A stretch of 64,000 nucleotides of DNA, from assembly GCA_021817565.1 (NCBI GenBank), contig JAKAUP010000007.1, positions 152,497-216,496 on the forward strand, read 5' to 3'. The stretch is from Candidatus Micrarchaeota archaeon. Its GTDB lineage: Archaea > Micrarchaeota > Micrarchaeia > Micrarchaeales > Micrarchaeaceae. Positions 37,877 to 45,899 of the stretch are shown piece after piece. Within the stretch, counting starts at the first letter, position 1. Each line of letters begins with the position of its first letter. The position numbers were made by a program, and so were the translations under genes. The notes under the pieces were generated by a model. That model was not told the DNA's origin, did not search any database, and saw only the letters and a program-made list of their open reading frames with translations.

Positions 37877-39423
37877 AGTCTGGACTGCCTGTTCTCCTCG
37901 ATGGAGCCTGGTCCGGAAAGCCTGCGCTTCATCTCGTCCAATATCTCCATCATCCTCTTTTCCCTTATCTTAGACACCATAAGATAAGTCTCGTCTTTTG
38001 TGTTCCGGGTAACGAGCACAGCCACATCGCCAAACCTGATTCTTCCTGCCCTGCCCTTTCTTTGTATGTTCCTTATCGCGCTGGGCACAGGCTCATAGAA
38101 TATAACTGCGTCAACAACAGGTATATCAAGTCCCTCCTCGCCAATCGAGGTAGATACAAGCACCTGAAATTTGCCGTTTCGGAAATCGGAGATGGTCGCG
38201 CTCTGTTGCGCGATTGTCACCCCATCCTTCTTGCCTATGAAAGCCTCAGCGCTTATCCCATTTTTCTTGAGCAGCTCGGTTATCCTCTTTATGGTTGACC
38301 TGTACTGCGCGAATATTATGGTGCGCTTCCCTCTGAAGTCCCCGTTTAAGATATCAACCAGCTTGTACATCTTCGGGTGCTCGTTTCCTGCATCGATCTC
38401 TTCCTTAACCTCATCGACGCATCCGGATATCACCTCATTGTTAAGTATGCCTGTAACGCCCTTGCTCTTCTTCTCTCGCATATCCAAGCCATGCATGTAG
38501 CTCCAAAACGGGAAGAGCCCTTCTGTTGTAAGCAGGTCAAGCGCATGGGAAAGATTGAGTATGTATACGTAGTTGAACACCGCCCCGTACTTGTAATTTG
38601 TGGCCTGTATCTTGTCGATGGTTCTCCCCATCTCTATGAGTTTTCCCTTCGGGAGTCCATCAAGGTTTCTGAAAGGGCTTACGCCCATCTGATAAAGCTT
38701 GAGCAGGTGCTTCTCTATGTCGGGTTTTATCAAACGTTCGATCCTGGCTATGAGTTCCCCTTTTTCGACGTATATAATGCGCATCCGCCTCCCTTTGACG
38801 TATGGCGCAACGTCCGTATCGGCCTGGGTTCTCGCCTCTATCGCGCGTATTCCGAGTATATCAACCAGCTGCTTTATCCTCTTCCTGTCGCTGCCGGGCG
38901 ACGCGGTAAGCCCAATAATCTGTATGCCTCTCAGTTTGCACTCCTCCGCTATGTACGTATACGCATACTTCCCAATTGACCTGTGGCATTCGTCGAAGAT
39001 GAGCAGCGAGACGCCGTCAAGCGAGGCATTTCCGGATTTGAGGTCATTTGCCATTGTCTGCGGCGTACCAACCACAATCCGCGATCGTTCCCACATGCCC
39101 TTCCGCTTTGAGGACCTCACACCTCCAGTAAGCAACGATATGGAGTCCTTGTCAACATCAAGCATTGAGGAGATGGATGAAAAATGCTGTTCGCTGAGCG
39201 GTTTTGTGGGTGCAAGGAAAACCGCCCGTTTCTCCATGAACAGAGAACGCGCTATCGCAAATACTGCTATCAGCGTCTTGCCTAGTCCGGTTGGCAGCAC
39301 CACAAGCGTATTCCTTCCAGTAGATATGGTGCGTATTATGTTTGCCTGATAGTCCCTTACCTCCAGGCTACCTGTCCTTACGAGTCTGGCGTAATCGCCA
39401 ATCTCGTCCCAGCTGCGCAGCAT
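37873..39423 (-). CDS. hef: Hef/FANCM-like SF2 helicase, helicase domains only (no ERCC4 nuclease domain)
   Basis: RDYQANIIRTISTGRNTLVVLPTGLGKTLIAVF (motif I), FDECHRS (II), TASPG (III) and QRKGRAGR (VI). The ORF ends ~55 aa after motif VI. Confidence 0.8.
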   Translation of the reverse strand: MLRSWDEIGDYARLVRTGSLEVRDYQANIIRTISTGRNTLVVLPTGLGKTLIAVFAIARSLFMEKRAVFLAPTKPLSEQHFSSISSMLDVDKDSISLLTGGVRSSKRKGMWERSRIVVGTPQTMANDLKSGNASLDGVSLLIFDECHRSIGKYAYTYIAEECKLRGIQIIGLTASPGSDRKRIKQLVDILGIRAIEARTQADTDVAPYVKGRRMRIIYVEKGELIARIERLIKPDIEKHLLKLYQMGVSPFRNLDGLPKGKLIEMGRTIDKIQATNYKYGAVFNYVYILNLSHALDLLTTEGLFPFWSYMHGLDMREKKSKGVTGILNNEVISGCVDEVKEEIDAGNEHPKMYKLVDILNGDFRGKRTIIFAQYRSTIKRITELLKKNGISAEAFIGKKDGVTIAQQSATISDFRNGKFQVLVSTSIGEEGLDIPVVDAVIFYEPVPSAIRNIQRKGRAGRIRFGDVAVLVTRNTKDETYLMVSKIREKRMMEILDEMKRRLSGPGSIEENRQSRL

Positions 39424-39486
39424 GAAATCTTTATAAAACCTCTCCTAAAGTATAAAAAGGGCACCAACAATCATTTAATCAAAGTG

Positions 39487-39570
39487 CCGCAATAGCTCAG
39501 TGGGAGAGCGTCCGGCTGAAGATAACATCAGAAACCGGAATGTCGCAGGTTCAAATCCTGCTTGCGGCAT
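39487..39570 (+). tRNA. tRNA-Phe (GAA) with a 12-nt intron after position 37
   Basis: Hand-folded cloverleaf: acceptor GCCGCAA/TTGCGGC, D stem GCTC/GAGC, anticodon stem TCCGG/CCGGA, loop CT-GAA-G[ataacatcagaa]A, T arm GCAGG-TTCAAAT-CCTGC, discriminator A, and no encoded CCA. The intron spans 39523-39534, and its TCAG can pair with loop CTGA to give a relaxed bulge-helix-bulge. Confidence 0.8.
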
Positions 39571-39789
39571 CTCACTTCGTGTTAAACAACTCTGTAGCCC
39601 AGAGCCCCAGAGATGAGGCAGGGAACTTACTTTTTCGATACGGTGCAGCAATAACGAAGTAATAAAAAACCTCATTTAGAATACTAAATGATGCGGATAG
39701 GAATGGACTGGGATGTGGTAATATATGGGAGCCGAGCTGGAATACATGACGCACCCAAGAATGCATAGCTACTGAACTGTGGTGGGTTT

Positions 39790-40266
39790 ATGGCTGAGAA
39801 CAACGAGATCCAGAAAAAGCGCGACACGATGTCGGAATCGGTAAGCAATACCTCGCGTGTCATACTTACCAGGGTTTCTGAGATATCCTTGCGTATACTT
39901 ACCAGCGAATTGGAAGAGATTATAGAGTGCAAGGAGGTGAAGGACAATCTTCCAAACGGGATTATGCTCTATATATACACCTCAGCTTTCCTGAGCTTTG
40001 CCGGCAGAAGCATAAATAAGGAAAACATATCCAACGTGCTGAAGAGCATGGGCATCACGCCCAACGAGCAGATGATAGATGTGCTCATGAGAAACAAGAT
40101 AAGGAGCCATCTCATCTACGTGTACGCCACATACCTGCTGCTTGCAGCAGGTATACTTCCAGAAAAGGAGAAGGTCAAAAAGGTCGTAGAGAGCATAGGG
40201 GAGAATGCAGACGATAAGGCGGCAGCCGAGGCAAAATATCTCATCGAGACCATACAGAACATCTAA
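39790..40266 (+). CDS. Ribosomal stalk P1 (L12e)-like protein with duplicated N-terminal domain and no acidic tail
   Basis: Two consecutive segments resemble the aP1 N-terminus [62 protein letters not shown] and [34 protein letters not shown]. It ends ...YLIETIQNI without the Glu/Lys-rich hinge or the GLxxLFG tail. ggtg lies 5 nt before the ATG. Confidence 0.5.
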   Translation: [158 protein letters not shown]

Positions 40267-40270
40267 AACA

Positions 40271-41218
40271 CTACTTCTCAAAATGAAGCAATCTGTTATC
40301 GGCCGCATTTCTGTCTATGGAGAGCAGCGCGACCTTGCTGTTCGTATCGTAATCAGTGAAATGGTATCCGGACAGCATCGCGACCTTCTCCGCAAACTCC
40401 ATTATTTCATCCTTGGCCGGCATCTGCCCGTAAGAGAGATTTCTGGCGGGGTTGCGCGCCCCTCCCACATACACAAAGCCCTTGAGCTCTACATAATGGG
40501 GCTTCCCCCTTTTTATCAGCTGTGCATATCCTTCCGGGTCAGTGAAGTTAAGGCCTCTTATCAGGGTAAGCCTGAAAACCCTGCGCGTTTCCATGGTGGA
40601 GAACACATCGAGGAACCTGTTGTATCCATCCCATGATGCATTCAGCGATTTGGGCCTTGTTATCTTATCGTAAAGCTCTTTGTTGGGTGCCTGGACCGAG
40701 ACGTACAGTTGCGTCGGCATAACTGTCAGTCTTTTTAACGCGTTTAGCATTGTTCCGTTAGTTACGAGGAAGGTGCTTATGCCTCTTTTATGGAACTCCA
40801 TCAAAAGCTCATTCATCTTGGGATAAAAGAGCGGTTCTCCGGTAAGGCTCAGCGCGACATGCGCAGGCTCGTTCGATTCTTCCCAGCGCTTCATGTCAAC
40901 ATGTTTGTTGCCTTTGTAGCCGCTAACTATGTTCCTGTGCTGTTGAATCAGCCCATCTACTATTTCTGCCGGCTCATCCCAACCGCCAGCATTGAGTTCA
41001 TTCCACTTATAACCCTCCTCCTCAGGTATTATCCTCCAGCAGAACGAACATGAGAGGTTGCAGCCTATCGCAGGCGTTGACTGTATGCATCTCCAACTCT
41101 GTATCCCATAAAAAGTGTTCTTGTAGCAGGCATTACCGCCAGTCATGCTACTCTTCGTATATCCGCATATCTTAGTTGCAGAGTGCCTTCCGACGAAGTG
41201 GTATCCCTGCTTCGCCAT
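40271..41218 (-). CDS. taw1: 4-demethylwyosine synthase Taw1/TYW1 (radical SAM)
   Basis: HSATKICGYTKSSMTGGNACYKNTFYGIQSWRCIQSTPAIGCNLSCSFCWR, SLTGEPLFYP, FLVTNG and PTQLYVSVQAP follow the archaeal TYW1 pattern. Confidence 0.85.
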   Translation of the reverse strand: MAKQGYHFVGRHSATKICGYTKSSMTGGNACYKNTFYGIQSWRCIQSTPAIGCNLSCSFCWRIIPEEEGYKWNELNAGGWDEPAEIVDGLIQQHRNIVSGYKGNKHVDMKRWEESNEPAHVALSLTGEPLFYPKMNELLMEFHKRGISTFLVTNGTMLNALKRLTVMPTQLYVSVQAPNKELYDKITRPKSLNASWDGYNRFLDVFSTMETRRVFRLTLIRGLNFTDPEGYAQLIKRGKPHYVELKGFVYVGGARNPARNLSYGQMPAKDEIMEFAEKVAMLSGYHFTDYDTNSKVALLSIDRNAADNRLLHFEK

Positions 41219-41292
41219 CTTAGATGCTAGCCCTTCGGGTATGTGCGGCCTCTTCTGCCCTATCTCTACAGATTCAGATTCCGTGAAAACAC

Positions 41293-42507
41293 CTAGCTTA
41301 GTCTTATGCTTATCCTCTTTTTATAATACTTCTCATAGCTATTCTCAATCGATTCCTTCAGTACCTCAATCTCTTTCGATAGCGAATCCATCTCGTTTGA
41401 CAATGCAGCAATCCTTTCATTTTTCGCGGCAGCCTCCATCCTCTTTGCGTTCTCCCTTTCAAGTTCAGCTTCTGCACGTCTAAGTCCTATCTTTATCTCC
41501 TCAGCCTCTTCACGTAGCTTCCAAATCATTTCTATCTCTCTAAGCAACTCCGGGTCAGAAGCCCTTCCAATCTCTTCCAAGACACCAGAGCTGTTCTTGA
41601 GCTCTATCTCTCCTTTTTTGATTGCGTCAGCCATTGAGAGAAGTTCGGTCTTCAGTCTCGCGAAATCGTCCGCGCCTCTTATTGCGTTTGTCGGGTCAGA
41701 CACAGCGTCCCCGAGCCTGCCCTTCCTCCCTATTATATGGTCATACTTTCTTGCCGGTCTTTCCAAAGGGAGGAATACTCCCGAGATTTTTGAATCTAAC
41801 CTACCTATCTTTTCAGATACGGATTTTAGCTCCGAATCAAGTTTTTTAACCGTGTCTTCAACAGACGCATTTGGATTATGCTCTGCCCCGTGCAAGTTTG
41901 CGCCTTCAAGCAACCTCTTCTCCGCGTCAGCATCTTCCAAAAGCGCAATCAACCTGGAAAGCTCCGCAGAAGATTCAAAGAGTCGCCTGTACTCGCTATA
42001 AGATTCCTTTTCGCGTTCCAGTTCGTAATCGAGTTTTGATATGCTCCTATCAAGCTCAGCAAGCGCATTTTTGAAATCGCCCAGCCCCTTAGAATAGGCC
42101 ATAAAGACCCCTTTGAAGGTATTGTTAGTCCTAAGTATCTTTTCCCTGATCTCCTTCGCTTCCCTAGCCACATCCCCATAAGTCTCATAACTATTCCCTC
42201 TTTCGGTTTTCAACCTAGCGCTCAAGATTCCAATCAATGCTTTCACATAGCTTGCCTTCTGCGTTTCTATAAGCGTGGGATCCACCCTAGAATAATAATA
42301 TTCGCGATCAATTTCCGGTTTCCGCGCATAACGCTCAAAACTCCTGCAAGCGTCCTCAAACATATGCAGCGCGTTATCTATTCCATCCTTTCCAGATTTG
42401 CACCTATCGGAGAAAGACCGTATCTTATCCTCAAAGCACCTTGCAGCATAAGCGTCCAGCTCACCAACCCCTACCTGTTCTTTCCTTCCCCCTCTTCCAA
42501 AAATCAC
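41293..42507 (-). CDS. Hypothetical coiled-coil protein
   Basis: 404 aa with long heptad-like charged helices (…LDYELEREKESYSEYRRLFESSAELSRLIALLEDADAEKRLLE…; …EEIKIGLRRAEAELERENAKRMEAAAKNERIAALSNEMDSLSKEIEVLKESIE). No enzymatic motif or family recognised. Confidence 0.45.
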   Translation of the reverse strand: MIFGRGGRKEQVGVGELDAYAARCFEDKIRSFSDRCKSGKDGIDNALHMFEDACRSFERYARKPEIDREYYYSRVDPTLIETQKASYVKALIGILSARLKTERGNSYETYGDVAREAKEIREKILRTNNTFKGVFMAYSKGLGDFKNALAELDRSISKLDYELEREKESYSEYRRLFESSAELSRLIALLEDADAEKRLLEGANLHGAEHNPNASVEDTVKKLDSELKSVSEKIGRLDSKISGVFLPLERPARKYDHIIGRKGRLGDAVSDPTNAIRGADDFARLKTELLSMADAIKKGEIELKNSSGVLEEIGRASDPELLREIEMIWKLREEAEEIKIGLRRAEAELERENAKRMEAAAKNERIAALSNEMDSLSKEIEVLKESIENSYEKYYKKRISIRLS

Positions 42508-42644
42508 ATAAATGCGCCTGCTTGATTAATGATAAGTAAGCTATAACATCTTTTTGAAACTAGCCAGAAATAAAGATACATAACTGTGCAAGCATAATAA
42601 TTTTAAACCCCCGCCATAAATATATAGCAAGGGCGTGTATCTCG

Positions 42645-44594
42645 GTGGAATTGGATCAGGTAAACAGCATAGAGAATGCAAAACTTAGCCGCTCCCACTT
42701 GCGCATAATGCTCATATCAGGGATGAGCTTCTTCACTGACGCATATGACCTATTTGTAATAGGTATAGTGCTCATAATGATAAAGGGGATATTCAGTCTC
42801 ACTCCTTTTCAGATAGGCTTGCTTGCAAGCTCCGCGCTCTTCGGCGCGGCAGTAGGTCCGCTCATATTCGGGTACGTCGGAGACAAAATAGGCAGGAAGC
42901 ATACATACTGGATCACTATCCTAATACTCATCATAGGAGCGATAGGCTCTGCATTCTCATACGGTTTCATAACCCTGTTCATATGGAGGTTCATCCTTGG
43001 AGTTGGTATAGGGGGCGACTATCCGCTCAGCGCAACAATAGTCGCGGAATACGCAAACAAGAACGACAGGGGAAAGCTGATATCATCCACATTCGCGATG
43101 CAGGGCTTCGGGATAGTCTCTGGCGCAATACTGGCAATCCTTCTCCTCTCGATAAACGTGAATGTAGGGATAGCATGGAGAATACTTCTGGGGTTCGGGG
43201 CAGTACCTACCCTATTCATACTTTATGCAAGAGCCAGGTTGCATGAGACACCATGGTACAGCGATTACAAAAAGAAGGCAAGTTCGTCTCATCACAAGGC
43301 GCCCGATTACACAATAGGTATCAGGGAGCTCATCTCCAACAACTGGAAGTACATAATCGGAACTTCTGTTGCATGGTTCCTGCTTGATATCTCATACTAC
43401 GGCACATCCATATTTACCCCATACCTTACCACGCTATTTGGTTTCAAGGGGATCTTTGGCCCGACATTGGCATCTGCAGCCATACTCGTAGTGGCGGCAG
43501 TTCCTGGATACTGGGTTGCAGTCGCACTTATAGACAAGGAGGGGAGGAAGCTGATGCAATCAATAGGATTCCTGGCGATGGGCATACTCTTCGGCATATT
43601 GGCAATATCCGGCCAATACCTGCTCAGCATCCTACCGCTAGCGTTCTTCTCGCTCTACGCACTTACGTTCTTCTTCTCAAACTATGGGCCAAACACAACA
43701 ACATACGTATATCCAGTGGAATTATACCCCACGCAGTATAGAGCTAGGGGGCACGGGATAGCAGCCACATCCGGAAAGATAGGAGCAGCAATATCCACCC
43801 TCCTATTTCCGATAGTGATACTCGAATACGGGAAGTTTGCGCTGATGGGGGCGTTAGGCGTTGTCGCAATAATAGGGTTTGTTGTAACAGTATTCCTTCT
43901 CCCGGAAACAAAGAGGCGCTCCCTTACGGAGACCTCTGGAGAGCGTGAGATAATGCTCATAACTGACAGCCTGGGATCAGAGTTCTATGGGCTGGTGGAA
44001 AGGATAGATGAAGGGATAAAACTTGTGGACAAAAGGCTTTCACGGGAGACCGGAAACGAGGAGTTCTTCGAGAGCGTGAAGCTCAAAGAGCACGAGGCGG
44101 ATCAGATTGTCCATAAGATAATGGACTACATAGCCGACTATGGTGCTAACAGTATCTCATACACGGACGTATCGCATCTAGCAAAGAGGCTGGACGACAT
44201 CATGGACAGCCTCGAGGCAATAGCATCGAGATTCTCGTTGTACGATGTGGAGAAAGTGGAGAAGGAGATGGTTGAGGTGCAGAAGTGCACGCGGATGTGT
44301 TTCAATCAAGTAAGAGAGGGGATGTTCATACTCAATAAGGTAAGGAAACACGGAATGGGCGTGCAGGAATCGTTCAAAAAACACTCGATACTTGCGTCCG
44401 AGTATGAGAACGCGGCGGATGCGGTACTGCGTTCCTCCATAAAAAGGCTGATGCGCGGCAATAACATAAAGCACATAATCGCATACAAGGAGATATACGA
44501 GCACATGGAGGCGGTTAGCGACAGGTGCATAGATGTAATTGACATAATAAACGATATCATAATAAAGTATGTCTACTCATCAAAACGCAGCTGA
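42645..44594 (+). CDS. MFS transporter (phosphate:H+ symporter/PHS-like) fused to a C-terminal DUF47/PhoU-like domain
   Basis: The first ~430 aa form 12 TM helices with SFFTDAYDLFVIGIV and GDKIGRKHTY motifs, typical of Pho84/PHS-type MFS. The last ~210 aa (KLKEHEADQIVHKIMDYIA...HLAKRLDDIMDSLEAIASRFSLY...YKEIYEHMEAVSDRCIDVIDIINDIIIK) match the DUF47 (PhoU_div) pattern. The start is GTG, ~25 nt after ccataaatatata. Confidence 0.75.
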   Translation: MELDQVNSIENAKLSRSHLRIMLISGMSFFTDAYDLFVIGIVLIMIKGIFSLTPFQIGLLASSALFGAAVGPLIFGYVGDKIGRKHTYWITILILIIGAIGSAFSYGFITLFIWRFILGVGIGGDYPLSATIVAEYANKNDRGKLISSTFAMQGFGIVSGAILAILLLSINVNVGIAWRILLGFGAVPTLFILYARARLHETPWYSDYKKKASSSHHKAPDYTIGIRELISNNWKYIIGTSVAWFLLDISYYGTSIFTPYLTTLFGFKGIFGPTLASAAILVVAAVPGYWVAVALIDKEGRKLMQSIGFLAMGILFGILAISGQYLLSILPLAFFSLYALTFFFSNYGPNTTTYVYPVELYPTQYRARGHGIAATSGKIGAAISTLLFPIVILEYGKFALMGALGVVAIIGFVVTVFLLPETKRRSLTETSGEREIMLITDSLGSEFYGLVERIDEGIKLVDKRLSRETGNEEFFESVKLKEHEADQIVHKIMDYIADYGANSISYTDVSHLAKRLDDIMDSLEAIASRFSLYDVEKVEKEMVEVQKCTRMCFNQVREGMFILNKVRKHGMGVQESFKKHSILASEYENAADAVLRSSIKRLMRGNNIKHIIAYKEIYEHMEAVSDRCIDVIDIINDIIIKYVYSSKRS

Positions 44595-44625
44595 GGCTGC
44601 AAAAGCAAATGCAAACAGAAAGTAT
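44543..44625. repeat. Direct repeat copy 1 (83 bp), covering the last 52 nt of the MFS-DUF47 gene plus 31 nt downstream
   Basis: cataataaacgaTatcataataaagtatgtctactcatcaaaacgcagctgaggctgcaaaagcaaatgcaaacagaaagtat is identical to 45783-45865 except at one position (44555 T versus 45795 C). Confidence 0.9.
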
Positions 44626-44867
44626 CATAACGAACCACAAAAGTAATTATATCCGGAGACCTGCATTTATCCCGTGTTCCTTTGGGTTATCCTAGTCAAC
44701 AAGTTTCTTCAATATATCGGAATTTTCAGGTAAGTTCATTTCTGGTCGCAGAAATGGCGGAGCGAAAAGTTATGATACATAAAATCCAAAAGACATTAGT
44801 GGAGTTCTATAATACAAAACAATCAGAAGTAAAAAGCCGGAGTCTTTCGATGCAGTACTGCTTTCAA

Positions 44868-45071
44868 CTATCTCTTGCGCAATAAAGTGATTTCTTTAAT
44901 TTCTCCAGTCTTTACTGCACGAACAAATTTATTGAAATGTTCTATCGACATTTTTGCTACATTTCCAACTTCGTCTATTAGACTGACTGCATCGGCATGC
45001 TCGTCAAGCACAAACTTTGGAACCTCCATTCTACGTGGGTGTACCTTATACACTTTTCGTTTCATCACCAT
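44868..45071 (-). CDS. Small DUF397-like protein (tentative)
   Basis: ~67 aa. ...VSLIDEVGNVAKMSIEHFNKFVRAVKTGEI resembles the C-terminal half of DUF397 proteins (...W.AF...VK.GEFD). The call is supported mainly by its adjacency to a DUF6879-like gene, which is the usual actinobacterial pairing. Confidence 0.35.
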   Translation of the reverse strand: MVMKRKVYKVHPRRMEVPKFVLDEHADAVSLIDEVGNVAKMSIEHFNKFVRAVKTGEIKEITLLRKR

Positions 45072-45121
45072 CTCACCCAAAACTAATAATTAACCTAATA
45101 ATTTAATAATTTAGCTTTGTT

Positions 45122-45691
45122 TTATAGTCTATCTATTTTATGATTCTTCAAAAATTCATGCATAGGTATCCCCCGCTTTATTAAATCGGTTTTTAGATAT
45201 ATGTATTTAGAAAGACTAATCGGTTCTGTTATAGCGGTACCTTTATTTATGAAACGACCACGGGGATCATAGTTCATAGGTATAACTGCCTTGTTATCAA
45301 ACAACCAATAATCTTGGAATCTGGCAATAAGGTTTGCGACTTTATCTCTTTCGACAAATAAAAAACGTTGGCCATATTGCTCTGCTATAGAAGAGCCCAT
45401 CTCGATACCGAATTTTAAATAATCACTCATAGGCAAATCTAGTACTTGCAAGTCTATTATTCTCACACCAGCATACCTTTTCTTTTATTCCGGAAACCCA
45501 ATCTTTAAAGCCAGATACTTCAAACCCACTAACTGCTTCGCCATTTTTCCAACGTTCAAATAACTCTTTTTCGTCAATAACTTCATAATAATTTAACAAC
45601 TCTAACTTAAATATTTCAAATTCTGATTCTTTCCAATAGTATCAAAAGTCTTAATCTTAACCTTACTTTCATCACTGTTTGAAACTGTCAT
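45122..45691 (-). pseudogene. DUF6879-like gene disrupted by at least two frameshifts
   Basis: There are three consecutive minus-strand reading segments. The first is ATG 45691 MTVSNSDESKVKIKTFDTIGK.. (stop at 45604-45602). The second is ..YYWKESEFEIFKLELLNYYEVIDEKELFERWKNGEAVSGFEVSGFKDWVSGIKEK.. The third is the tracked 114-aa ORF (V)RIIDLQVLDLPMSDYLKF...FQDYWLFDNKAVIPMNYDPRGRF. Joined together they follow the DUF6879 layout as I remember it. The second shift falls in the A-rich run around 45478-45487. Confidence 0.45.
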
Positions 45692-45782
45692 TCGGTCGGA
45701 AGGGAGAACACAATAAGCAGCATGAAGGAAATGAGATACGCGGACGCGGGTCAGTGAAGGAGGGGCGCATAGGTACTATAGC

Positions 45783-45865
45783 CATAATAAACGACATCAT
45801 AATAAAGTATGTCTACTCATCAAAACGCAGCTGAGGCTGCAAAAGCAAATGCAAACAGAAAGTAT
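45783..45865. repeat. Direct repeat copy 2 (83 bp)
   Basis: 82/83 identical to 44543-44625. A degenerate continuation (acgaacca) is shared just beyond both copies. Confidence 0.9.
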
Positions 45866-45899
45866 TAAATTACGAACCAAGGATATTTACCTGCAAATT

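Larger units (their letters stand above)
44626..45782. mobile_element. AT-rich ~1.16-kb insertion bounded by the 83-bp direct repeats; probable remnant of an integrated element (no integrase present)
   Basis: It is flanked by near-perfect direct repeats, is visibly more AT-rich than its surroundings, lies 34 nt from tRNA-Gly, and carries only small or decayed genes. Confidence 0.5.

Noticed and set aside
39688-39775. Possible C/D box sRNA (atgatgc ... ctga) upstream of the P1-like gene
   Set aside because: The C box is imperfect (terminal C instead of A) and the candidate D' and C' boxes are degenerate. There is no terminal stem, and the 88-nt length is well above typical archaeal C/D sRNAs.
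44682-44885. 67-aa plus-strand ORF inside the insertion
   Set aside because: It has a TTG start, no motif and an odd composition, and it partly overlaps the end of the DUF397-like gene. There is no evidence that it is real.
45661-45837. Open plus-strand frame running into repeat copy 2, as if it were a second copy of the transporter C-terminus
   Set aside because: It has no start codon. Upstream of the 83-bp repeat its translation (…HEGNEIRGRGSVKEGRIGTIA) does not retain the DUF47 consensus. I treat it as a non-functional duplicated gene end.
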